A stretch of DNA of 32,904 bases, from positions 1 through 32,904 of IMG/VR virus record IMGVR_UViG_3300011339_000098; one strand, given 5' to 3'. Position numbers and translations under genes: made by a program. The notes beneath the pieces are model-generated. The model was not told where the DNA came from. It saw only the letters and a list, made by a program, of their open reading frames with translations, and did no database searches. This document shows, piece after piece, positions 25,654 through 32,904 of this stretch; position 1 is the first letter of the stretch; each line of letters starts with the position of its first letter. This DNA comes from a virus (taxonomy: Duplodnaviria; Caudoviricetes).

Positions 25654-26501
25654 ATCCTTACGAAATTGTAGATAAAACTTGCATCAGTTTTTCTGGTGGA
25701 AGAACGAGTGCATATATGTTGCATAAAGTATTACAAAACGGGGGGGGCAACTGCCAAACGAAGCAAAGGTTATTTTTTGCAATACAGGCAAAGAGGAGGA
25801 GGCTACTTTGCGGTTTTGTAAATGAATGTTCTAAGCGTTGGAATGTAGAAATTACTTGGTTGGAATTTGCCGTCCAAGATAATGAAAAAATTTCTAAGGT
25901 TGTTAATTTTGAAACCGCAAGTAGAAATGGCGAGCCTTTTGAAGCGGTGATAAATTGGTATCAGCCATCTTTGCCAAATGGAAGGGCTAGATATTGTTCG
26001 AGTCAAATGAAAACCAGAACAATGCACCGATATTTAAGATCATTGGGCTGGACGGACTGGGATTCATTTATTGGGATAAGAGCAGATGAGCCAAGGCGAG
26101 TAGCTAAATTTAGAGCCAATCCGCATCCTGAAAATAAAAATGAAACAGTATGTATGCCGCTTGTGCCTAACAATGTTTCTTCAAAAGAAGTTGGTAACTT
26201 TTGGAATAACCAAGAATTTGACTTGGAATTGCCCAACATAAATGGCAAAACAATGCACGGAAATTGTGATTTATGTATGTTGAAGCCCAAGTCTCAGATT
26301 CTTAGCTTGATAACTGAAAAGCCAGATAGAGCGTTGTGGTGGATTAAACAAGAGGAAGAAGCCGCAAAAAGATGTGCTGGTGATGGAAAGTTCTTTGCTA
26401 TTGACAGGCCTACTTATGCACAAATGTACAAATACGCTGCCGAGCAAACCGATATGTTTGACAAAGATGAAGAAGCTATTTCTTGCTTCTGTGGAGATTA
26501 A
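25650..26501 (+). CDS. PAPS-reductase/DndC-family PP-loop protein with a frame-scrambled segment (~25740-25817)
   Basis: SFSGGRTS, YCSSQMK, GIRADE..R, GNCDLC and CFCGD motifs; VIFCNTGKEEEATLRF occurs only in the -1 frame. Confidence 0.85.
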   Translation: MNPYEIVDKTCISFSGGRTSAYMLHKVLQNGGGNCQTKQRLFFAIQAKRRRLLCGFVNECSKRWNVEITWLEFAVQDNEKISKVVNFETASRNGEPFEAVINWYQPSLPNGRARYCSSQMKTRTMHRYLRSLGWTDWDSFIGIRADEPRRVAKFRANPHPENKNETVCMPLVPNNVSSKEVGNFWNNQEFDLELPNINGKTMHGNCDLCMLKPKSQILSLITEKPDRALWWIKQEEEAAKRCAGDGKFFAIDRPTYAQMYKYAAEQTDMFDKDEEAISCFCGD

Positions 26502-26834
26502 ATGAAAGCACCTTACAAAGCCATCGAGTTTATTTTGGAACAAGCCCCTCGTTTTGCCGAGGCAAAGGCACAGCGTGTGTACATCGAGAACTTCTTGCGT
26601 ACAAAGAAGGCTTTGCTTATGAAAGAAGCATTGACCAAAGGGATAGATTCTGGCGTAGCACAGGAAAGAGAAGCCTATGCACACCCAGAGTACCAAGAAC
26701 TATTGCGAGGCTTACAAGCGGCTACCGAGCGTGAAGAAACCCTCAAATGGAAACTTACTGCGGCTCAAATGAAATCGGATATATGGCGATCAGAGCAAGC
26801 AAGTGAGCGTCTTGGCATAAAAACTACAGAGTAG
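26502..26834 (+). CDS. UvsY-like recombination mediator
   Basis: All-helical; AQEREAYAHPEY...IWRSEQASER. Confidence 0.55.
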   Translation: MKAPYKAIEFILEQAPRFAEAKAQRVYIENFLRTKKALLMKEALTKGIDSGVAQEREAYAHPEYQELLRGLQAATEREETLKWKLTAAQMKSDIWRSEQASERLGIKTTE

Positions 26835-26884
26835 GGTAAACACCTATAAAAAAGTCTTGAGTGATGTTAAGTAATCTATACAAT
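26832..26884 (+). promoter_or_regulatory. Palindrome plus sigma70-type promoter
   Basis: TAGGGTAAACACCTA, A-tract, TTGAGT-N16-TACAAT. Confidence 0.7.
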
Positions 26885-26931
26885 CACAGGCAGCCCAAGC
26901 AATTCGCAAGGGTACTTTTAAGGAATACATC

Positions 26932-27195
26932 ATGGAATACGAATTCAAATTTGAAACAACTACTGGTGCTGGTGGCGAGACTGTGCAATGCGTCTTGGAG
27001 TACTCGATAGACGAGGAAGGTACATACGCAGAAAATCTTAAATCAATACATTACGAAGGCACGAATGTTTTTTCTTTGCTTTCTGATGAGCAATTTGTAG
27101 AGATCGAGATGCGTGGCACGATGATGTTGGCAAGCCACCTGATTGCAGAATCTAACCACTCTGCAAGTGTTGACTACGACTTACGAGCAGTCTAA
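26932..27195 (+). CDS. Acidic early protein (87 aa)
   Basis: TAAGGA RBS; 17 D/E vs 4 K/R. Confidence 0.75.
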   Translation: MEYEFKFETTTGAGGETVQCVLEYSIDEEGTYAENLKSIHYEGTNVFSLLSDEQFVEIEMRGTMMLASHLIAESNHSASVDYDLRAV

Positions 27196-27338
27196 TGATT
27201 CTTGGTTGCAAGCCAAAAGAGCCTGATGCAAAGTGTAATAACTGCAAAAGGCTTTTTTTACCTAATGCTGTCAATGTCAAGAACAGCAAGGATAAGGCTT
27301 GCATTTATGTACCTAAATCTTTACAGGTGAAAACATGA
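27195..27338 (+). CDS. 47-aa four-Cys protein (not in the ORF track)
   Basis: TAATG and ATGA coupling; C-x8-CNNC...C. Confidence 0.6.
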   Translation: MILGCKPKEPDAKCNNCKRLFLPNAVNVKNSKDKACIYVPKSLQVKT

Positions 27339-27559
27339 CTAGAGAAGACATCACACGTTTAGCACAAGAAGCTGGGTTTGTTGGAATGGATGGAGATCAT
27401 GGAGCGTTAAGACGCTTTGCCGCCCTTGTCGCTTCTGCCGAGCGTGAGGCGTGTGCAAATGCAATGGCATATTTAGTAATGACTCCAACGCTTACGCATG
27501 GGGCATTGGTGAAGCTGTCGGATGTTGTCAACGCCATCCGAGCAAGGGGACAAGCATGA
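27335..27559 (+). CDS. Hypothetical early protein
   Basis: MTREDI.RLA.EAG...RFAALVA.AEREACA...AIRARG pattern. Confidence 0.7.
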   Translation: MTREDITRLAQEAGFVGMDGDHGALRRFAALVASAEREACANAMAYLVMTPTLTHGALVKLSDVVNAIRARGQA

Positions 27560-27987
27560 CTAAAGACGAAGCGTTGAAGCTGGCGCTGGAGGTTTTGGAA
27601 GAAGGTGTGCAAGGTACAAGACCATTGGGTGTTGCAACATTAGAAGCCATCGCCACCATCAAAGAAGCCTTGGCACAGCCAGAGCAAGAGCCTGTGGCGT
27701 GGATACACAACTTTATTGAGGGCGGTATTTCAATTGGAAAACGACCAGCAGACTTAGAGCGCCATCCTGACCGATGGACTGCGCTATACAAAGAGCCAAA
27801 GCCATGCCCAACTTGCGAAGCATTAGCTCGTACTGTGATGCTTGACCAAACATCGCACGACACCACCACACCACAGCGCACATGGGTTGGGCTGTCGGAT
27901 GAAGAATTTGAATATTGTTGCGCCCTTAAAAATCCCGTAGCAATAGTTGAGGAAGTAGAAGCCAAACTCAAGGAGAAGAACACATGA
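27556..27987 (+). CDS. Modular early protein (KDEALKLALE / EQEPVAW / WVGL type)
   Basis: ATGA coupling; internal CPTC. Confidence 0.7.
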   Translation: MTKDEALKLALEVLEEGVQGTRPLGVATLEAIATIKEALAQPEQEPVAWIHNFIEGGISIGKRPADLERHPDRWTALYKEPKPCPTCEALARTVMLDQTSHDTTTPQRTWVGLSDEEFEYCCALKNPVAIVEEVEAKLKEKNT

Positions 27988-28202
27988 AATCCTATGAAGA
28001 TGAAGAGTTTGAACGCATTGAGCGACAAAACAAGCCTAAATCTAGTGGAATGGACTGTTGCACCTACGACTGTAACCAAGGCAGAAACTGTCCTGTACGC
28101 AACCAGACGCTAGATGAGGTAGCCCATGAGTTTGATCTTATGAAGGCATTTGGCACGACAGCACAGTCATTTGCTAGTTTTGTAAGGAGTATGAAAAAAT
28201 GA
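27984..28202 (+). CDS. Cys-motif small protein
   Basis: CCTYDCNQGRNCPVR. Confidence 0.65.
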   Translation: MKSYEDEEFERIERQNKPKSSGMDCCTYDCNQGRNCPVRNQTLDEVAHEFDLMKAFGTTAQSFASFVRSMKK

Positions 28203-28474
28203 GCAAAGATGAGGCAATTAAATTGGCTTTAGATGCCTTGCATTTGTGGCATTGGACTGGTGAAACAACTGAATTAAACAAGGCGCATGATGCTTTATTG
28301 GAAGTTGTAGATACTCCTGAAAAACCTTGGGTTTGCCTGACTTACAAAGAAAGATGTGAGTTATGGAATATCTCAAGTAAGTTTTCACCAGAATCGGTAA
28401 TCATGCACGATTTTGCCAAAGACATAGAACTAGCACTCAGGGAGAAAAATTATGAGCAAAGGGTCAACCAGTAG
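28199..28474 (+). CDS. Shorter paralog of 27556-27987
   Basis: MSKDEAIKLALD...WVCLT...LREKN. Confidence 0.65.
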   Translation: MSKDEAIKLALDALHLWHWTGETTELNKAHDALLEVVDTPEKPWVCLTYKERCELWNISSKFSPESVIMHDFAKDIELALREKNYEQRVNQ

Positions 28475-28649
28475 ACCATTCTCAGTAACTAACGAAGAAT
28501 ACGAAAATAGATGGGATGCCATATTTGGCAGAGACAATGAGAAAAAGAACGAAACGCAAGCATTGGAATCTGATCGACAGCGTGACCCATGCAATAGTCG
28601 GGGCAGCGATAACCCACAGGGACAAGTTGGACAAACTAAGGATGCTTGA
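28452..28649 (+). CDS. Small hypothetical protein
   Basis: GGAG RBS; MSKGS..RP...YENRWDAIFG motif. Confidence 0.6.
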   Translation: MSKGSTSRPFSVTNEEYENRWDAIFGRDNEKKNETQALESDRQRDPCNSRGSDNPQGQVGQTKDA

Positions 28650-28995
28650 GTATTCAGCTTTGGAGGCCATCACTAAGGGACAAGGAACTGTCGCTGATTG
28701 GCGAACCTTAGTAGATGTTCTAAACCTGTCTGAAATGATGGGAAAGCATGGAGTTGGCCCAGAGGTGTTACCTATCTGCGAGAAAGCCCAGATTAGCCTC
28801 CATAAAGCCGCTATGCGTTATCAGGAGACTATGCGAATGGGTTTGGATGGGGAAGGCATAAAAGCCATCAGAGACTTAATCGAATATGCTGATTTACAGC
28901 AGTCAAGTATCTCAAGAAGTGAGTTTGAGAGATACATTCAGAAAACAAAAGACCACATAAGGTCAAATAGTAATCTGGTGGTAGAGATTGAATAA
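28537..28995 (+). CDS. Helical hypothetical protein (152 aa)
   Basis: Basic start MRKRTKRK; G.GT..DW..LVDVLN motif. Confidence 0.7.
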   Translation: MRKRTKRKHWNLIDSVTHAIVGAAITHRDKLDKLRMLEYSALEAITKGQGTVADWRTLVDVLNLSEMMGKHGVGPEVLPICEKAQISLHKAAMRYQETMRMGLDGEGIKAIRDLIEYADLQQSSISRSEFERYIQKTKDHIRSNSNLVVEIE

Positions 28996-29245
28996 CAAAC
29001 CAACTACCCGAGAAAGACTGCACTTAGGACGGATAAAAGAGATGCCGTGTGGGGTCTGTGGTCAGGCAGGGCCATCCGATGCTCACCACATTGAGCAACA
29101 CCAGCAGTACCTTTGTATTCCGCTTTGCAAGGATTGTCACCAAGGGTCATTCAACGGAATTCACGGACAAAAGCGAATCTGGGCGGTTCACAAAGAAACG
29201 GAAATGTCGGTTTTAAACGAAACCCTGAGAAAGTTGTTAGGATAG
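28988..29245 (+). CDS. HNH-like Zn-finger protein (Ref/DUF968-like)
   Basis: CGVC...DAHH...IPLCKDCH...GIHG. Confidence 0.75.
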   Translation: MNNKPTTRERLHLGRIKEMPCGVCGQAGPSDAHHIEQHQQYLCIPLCKDCHQGSFNGIHGQKRIWAVHKETEMSVLNETLRKLLG

Positions 29246-29270
29246 AGGCACTCAGTTGCCATTGAGTTTT

Positions 29271-29296
29271 AAGAGGGCTTGCGTCCTCTTTTTTTT
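29271..29296 (+). terminator. Intrinsic terminator ending the rightward early/middle operon
   Basis: aagagggc-ttgc-gtcctctt followed by a T run. Confidence 0.85.
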
Positions 29297-29328
29297 GTGG
29301 GATAATGAACAAACTCCCGAGGACACCT

Positions 29329-29820
29329 ATGTCTGGATTATTAGAGCCATCCGTAAAAATTGAGATTGAAATTAAAAGCCAAGAAAAGAATGGCGAGGCT
29401 TGTCCTATTGCGACAGGTGACGTAGAGGTCAATCTTGAGAATCGTCAAAAAGCCATTGATAAGGCTAACTACGGCCCAATGAATCCCAATGAGGCCAACA
29501 TGGATTACTGGCGTGAAATCTCTAAGACATGGAGAAACTCACCAGACCAAGCTAAAAAGTCTCGTTGCGGTAACTGCGCTGCTTTTATTCAAACCACAAA
29601 GATGCTAGATTGTATTGAATCTGGTTTGCAAGCTGGCGACACAGAGATGGACGCATGGGAAGTCATTGAAGCTGGTGACTTAGGTTACTGCGAGATTTGG
29701 GACTTTAAGTGTGCTGCCAAACGTACTTGTACGGCTTGGGTAACTGGTGGCCCGATTACCGATGATTCCGAGAAAATGTCTGGTGATATGTCTGAAGGAG
29801 AAGACAATGGGAACGACTAA
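29329..29820 (+). CDS. Cys-rich protein with HiPIP-like Cys spacing
   Basis: GAGG RBS; RCGNCAAF...GYCEIWDFKC..RTCTAW. Confidence 0.65.
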   Translation: MSGLLEPSVKIEIEIKSQEKNGEACPIATGDVEVNLENRQKAIDKANYGPMNPNEANMDYWREISKTWRNSPDQAKKSRCGNCAAFIQTTKMLDCIESGLQAGDTEMDAWEVIEAGDLGYCEIWDFKCAAKRTCTAWVTGGPITDDSEKMSGDMSEGEDNGND

Positions 29821-29953
29821 TATGCAAGCGGCAGAGATGATGGGGCTTTATCCTAGTCTCAAAAAGAAGCCTACACCTAAACCTATGGCAAAACCAATGC
29901 CTATGCGTGGTGAGCGTACAGCTAAGAACAAAGCAAAGAAGACTAAAAAATGA
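29807..29953 (+). CDS. Small basic protein (48 aa)
   Basis: AAGGAG RBS; K/P/M-rich. Confidence 0.65.
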   Translation: MGTTNMQAAEMMGLYPSLKKKPTPKPMAKPMPMRGERTAKNKAKKTKK

Positions 29954-30108
29954 TGGGTCTTTATGCAAATATCGCAGCAAAGAAAAAGCGTATAGAGGCT
30001 CAAAAGGCTGCTGGAAAAACTCCAGAGCGTATGCGTAAGGTTGGCTCAAAAGGCGCACCTACTGCGGATGCGTTCAAGCAAGCAGCTAAGACTGCTAAGA
30101 AGAAATGA
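29950..30108 (+). CDS. Small basic protein (52 aa; not in the ORF track)
   Basis: ATGA coupling; MMGLYANIAAKKKRI...MRKVGSKGAPT..AFKQAAKTAKKK. Confidence 0.75.
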   Translation: MMGLYANIAAKKKRIEAQKAAGKTPERMRKVGSKGAPTADAFKQAAKTAKKK

Positions 30109-30401
30109 GTGCGGCTTGGACTCGTAAGGAGGGTAAAAACCCTAATGGTGGCCTAAATGAAAAAGGTCGCAAGTCTTACGAGCGTGAAAATGCAGGAAGC
30201 AATCTAAAGCCTCCTGTTAAATCTGGTGACAACCCTCGCAGAGCGTCTTTCTTAGCCCGTATGGGTGGTATGGCAGGGCCAGAGCGTAAGCCTGATGGAA
30301 GCCCTACTCGTTTGTTGCAAAGCCTACAGGCATGGGGTGCAAGTTCTAAGGCTGATGCAAAGGCAAAGGCTAAAGCAATATCTGCGAGGAACAAGAAATG
30401 A
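30105..30401 (+). CDS. Small basic protein (DUF6321-like)
   Basis: AWTRKEGKNP.GGLN.KGR.SY...RRASF.ARMGG. Confidence 0.75.
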   Translation: MSAAWTRKEGKNPNGGLNEKGRKSYERENAGSNLKPPVKSGDNPRRASFLARMGGMAGPERKPDGSPTRLLQSLQAWGASSKADAKAKAKAISARNKK

Positions 30402-30571
30402 AAACTCCTAAGATGAACAAAGTTGGTAAAGCTAAGATGGCTACTGTCATGCACGAATTCGGTAAGGGTGAACTGCACTCTGGTAAGGGTGGAAAAGTCG
30501 TAAAGAATCCTCGCCAAGCGGTCGCCATCGGAATAGCGGAAGCTGCCAAGAAAATGGGCAGAATGAAATAA
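30398..30571 (+). CDS. Small basic protein (DUF6496-like, 57 aa; not in the ORF track)
   Basis: VMHEFGKGELHSG..GKVVKNPRQAVAIGIAEA. Confidence 0.75.
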   Translation: MKTPKMNKVGKAKMATVMHEFGKGELHSGKGGKVVKNPRQAVAIGIAEAAKKMGRMK

Positions 30572-30577
30572 AACCTT

Positions 30578-30602
30578 GGCTAGTGGTATAAACTAGCTTT
30601 TT
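30578..30602 (+). terminator. Possible intrinsic terminator
   Basis: gctagt-ggtataa-actagc followed by a T run. Confidence 0.55.
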
Positions 30603-30634
30603 AACTTCACCAACCCGAAAGGGAGTGATACAAC

Positions 30635-31867
30635 ATGACACAAAATCGTAAATTAGAATGGCGTTCAGTATCAACATTGATTCCATACGCTAGGAACTCA
30701 CGGACTCATTCTGATGAACAGATTGCCCAAATAGCGGCAAGTATTAAAGAGTTTGGGTGGACTAACCCAATTCTTATTGATGGCGACAACGGCATTATTG
30801 CAGGTCATGGCAGACTTTCTGCTGCTCGTAAGCTAGGACATGAGGAAGTTCCAGTTATAGAGTTAAAAGACCTAACAGAAACCCAACGTAAGGCTTACAT
30901 CATTGCCGACAACCGCCTAGCATTAAACGCAGGGTGGGACAACGAGATGCTGACCATTGAGCTAAACGAATTACTAGCTGACAACTTTGCTTTGGATATA
31001 TTGGGATTTGACCCTAAAGAGTTAGCCGCACTACTTGAGCCAGAAGTGGTGGTAGGACTTACAGATGAAAACGATGTCCCTGACATACCTGACAAGCCAA
31101 TTACCAAGTTAGGCGATATTTACCAATTAGGCAACCACCGATTGATGTGTGGAGACTCCACTAGCATTGACGCTGTGGATAAGTTGATGCCTGAGACAGC
31201 TAACATGATTTTTACTGACCCACCTTATTTGATGGACTTTACTGGTGGGATTCATGGCGATGGTTCTAAATCATTCAACGCTAAACATGGCAGCATTAAA
31301 AACGACAAAATGTCTGATAAAGAAGGCGATGACTTTTTGGATGCTATTAACAGCGTCATTACATCTAAAGTAGATGGTGCTTTTTACATAACATTTTATC
31401 GTTTAGGCATAAACAAATACTTTGCCAGTATGGAAAGAACTGGACTTAAATGCCGTTCTTTGGTTATCTGGGATAAGGGAAACCACACTTTAAGCAATAG
31501 CGATTACATGAGTATGTATGAGCCTATGTTTTATGGGTGGGTAAACAACCACAAGTTTTATGGTGGAAAAAATGGAATGGACATTTGGCGTATCAAAAGA
31601 ACCGCCAAGAATGACTTACACCCAACTATGAAGCCTGTCGAACTTGTCGAAAAAGCAGTTTTAGATGGTAGTGCTATAAATGGCATTGTTTTAGATTTGT
31701 TTGGTGGTAGCGGTACAACCATTGTTGCTTGCGAGAAACATAACCGACATTCCCGAATAATGGAACTAGACCCAAAATATTGCGATGTCATAGTAAAGCG
31801 ATGGGAAGACTTTACGGGAAAAAAAGCTATGTTAGTAAACGCTAACGAAGAACTTTCGGAGATATAA
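30635..31867 (+). CDS. ParB-N domain fused to N6A/N4C DNA methyltransferase (beta class)
   Basis: PYARNSRTH, IIAGHGR and IADN (ParB); TDPPY, HPTMKP and LDLFGGSG (MTase). Confidence 0.92.
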   Translation: MTQNRKLEWRSVSTLIPYARNSRTHSDEQIAQIAASIKEFGWTNPILIDGDNGIIAGHGRLSAARKLGHEEVPVIELKDLTETQRKAYIIADNRLALNAGWDNEMLTIELNELLADNFALDILGFDPKELAALLEPEVVVGLTDENDVPDIPDKPITKLGDIYQLGNHRLMCGDSTSIDAVDKLMPETANMIFTDPPYLMDFTGGIHGDGSKSFNAKHGSIKNDKMSDKEGDDFLDAINSVITSKVDGAFYITFYRLGINKYFASMERTGLKCRSLVIWDKGNHTLSNSDYMSMYEPMFYGWVNNHKFYGGKNGMDIWRIKRTAKNDLHPTMKPVELVEKAVLDGSAINGIVLDLFGGSGTTIVACEKHNRHSRIMELDPKYCDVIVKRWEDFTGKKAMLVNANEELSEI

Positions 31868-31868
31868 A

Positions 31869-32195
31869 ATGCAACAGGGCAAAAAATATGAGCCGACTGA
31901 TGAAAACAAGAAGCTAGTAAAGACTCTGGCGGCTGTAGGCATTACCTTTGAAGACATAGCTACCAAATTAGAGATTAGTTCCGATACGCTAGTGAAGTAT
32001 TACAAAAAGGAACTGGACGATGGGCGCATCGATGCCAACGCTAGTATTGGGCAGACCTTGTTCCAACAGGCAAAGAATGGCAATACTGCTGCGGCTATCT
32101 TCTGGTTAAAGACTAGGGCTAGATGGAAAGAAACCCATGCCGTCGAACATAGTGGGCCAGAAGGTTCTGAACTGGTTATTAAATGGCAGAGTTAA
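31869..32195 (+). CDS. terS: Terminase small subunit
   Basis: HTH N-terminus, GNTAAAIFWLKTRARW and HSGPEG; directly upstream of terL. Confidence 0.85.
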   Translation: MQQGKKYEPTDENKKLVKTLAAVGITFEDIATKLEISSDTLVKYYKKELDDGRIDANASIGQTLFQQAKNGNTAAAIFWLKTRARWKETHAVEHSGPEGSELVIKWQS

Positions 32196-32904
32196 TAATC
32201 CCTTACAAGCCAAGGGAACACCAACTAAAAGTTCACGAGTTACTGGAAGCACATAGGTTTGCGGTAGTAGTGGCTCACAGGCGTTTTGGTAAGACTGTAG
32301 CTGCGCTTAACCACTTAATCCGTGAGGCGGTGCTAAACGAGAAAGAAACACCCAGATACGCCTACATTGCCCCGACTTATGGACAAGCTAAAAGGGTAGC
32401 TTGGGATTATCTCGTTAAATACACTACACCGCTAGGCGGTACTAACAACATCTCAGAACTTAGGGTTGACTTCTGGGGTAGGCGTATTCAGTTGTATGGC
32501 TCAGACAATCCTGATTCCCTGCGAGGTCAATTCTTTGATGGGGTAATCATTGATGAGGTAGGTGACCAGAATCCTAAGATATGGACAGACATTGTTAGAC
32601 CTGCTCTGACAGACAGAAAAGGCTGGTGCTTGTTCATTGGTACACCCAAAGGACACAACCACTTCAAAGAGTTGCGAGACAGGGCAGAGAAAGAAGAAGG
32701 ATGGGGTCTGCTTGAGTTTAAAGCCTCTGAAACAGGGGTGGTGGATGACGTAGAACTAAGACAAGCTAAAAATGAGATGGGCGAGGATAAATACCGCCAA
32801 GAGTTTGAATGTTCGTTTGATGCTGCTGTAGAGGGTTCTTACTATGGGCAAATGCTGAACGAGTTAGAAGAAAAGAAGCATATGCAAGAGATTCCCAGAG
32901 AGGA
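32183..32904 (+). CDS. terL: Terminase large subunit, N-terminal ATPase part (not in the ORF track; continues at window start)
   Basis: MAELIIPYKPREHQ; Walker A AHRRFGKT, IAPTYGQAK, LRG, Walker B VIIDE, IGTPKG. Confidence 0.95.
   Translation, partial: MAELIIPYKPREHQLKVHELLEAHRFAVVVAHRRFGKTVAALNHLIREAVLNEKETPRYAYIAPTYGQAKRVAWDYLVKYTTPLGGTNNISELRVDFWGRRIQLYGSDNPDSLRGQFFDGVIIDEVGDQNPKIWTDIVRPALTDRKGWCLFIGTPKGHNHFKELRDRAEKEEGWGLLEFKASETGVVDDVELRQAKNEMGEDKYRQEFECSFDAAVEGSYYGQMLNELEEKKHMQEIPRE
32778..32904. repeat. 127-bp terminal direct repeat (copy 2)
   Basis: Identical to 1-127. Confidence 0.95.

Noticed and set aside
25650-26501. cysH auxiliary metabolic gene
   Set aside because: No sulfur-pathway context, and the ECGLH-type C-terminus of true CysH is missing.
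32778-32904. Terminal repeat as biological virion ends
   Set aside because: It is exactly 127 bp and falls mid-terL, so assembler overlap of a circular contig is the simpler explanation.
1-32904. tRNA genes, integrase/att site, IS elements, alternative genetic code
   Set aside because: No cloverleaf, recombinase or transposase was seen, and genes are full length under the standard code with all three stop codons used.

Overview
This window is a complete, circularly assembled dsDNA phage genome. Bases 1-127 repeat exactly at 32778-32904, giving a 32,777-bp unit, and the break splits the terminase large subunit. It is a small podovirus-type (P22/SU10-like virion layout) phage; a freshwater betaproteobacterial host (Comamonadaceae-like) is my inference from gene style only. 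Late + strand block: small basic proteins, ParB-methyltransferase, TerS, TerL, portal, scaffold, major capsid, adaptor, tail/nozzle proteins, three ejection-type proteins, a tail fibre with S74 chaperone, an unusually large lysis cassette, then an HEXXH / metallophosphoesterase / 2-TM module. A leftward early operon carries ERF, an SSB-like gene and a MazG-like gene. A rightward operon carries Cro-like, HTH, a DUF1376 initiator with an internal iteron origin, VRR-NUC, a PAPS-reductase-family gene, a UvsY-like gene and many small ORFs. I see no integrase, cI-type repressor, polymerase, helicase, tRNA, CRISPR array or reverse transcriptase. Best leads: (1) a three-gene unit whose topology and sizes mirror the T4 lysis-inhibition set T/RI/RIII; (2) a PAPS-reductase-family gene whose conserved motif sits in another frame between a G8 tract and a T4 tract; (3) a duplicated palindrome-promoter-hairpin-RBS cassette driving small acidic first genes; (4) several candidate structured RNAs; (5) a 24-aa motif shared by two tail proteins; (6) apparent absence of CCGG and CCWGG. 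All family assignments are by eye, without database searches.
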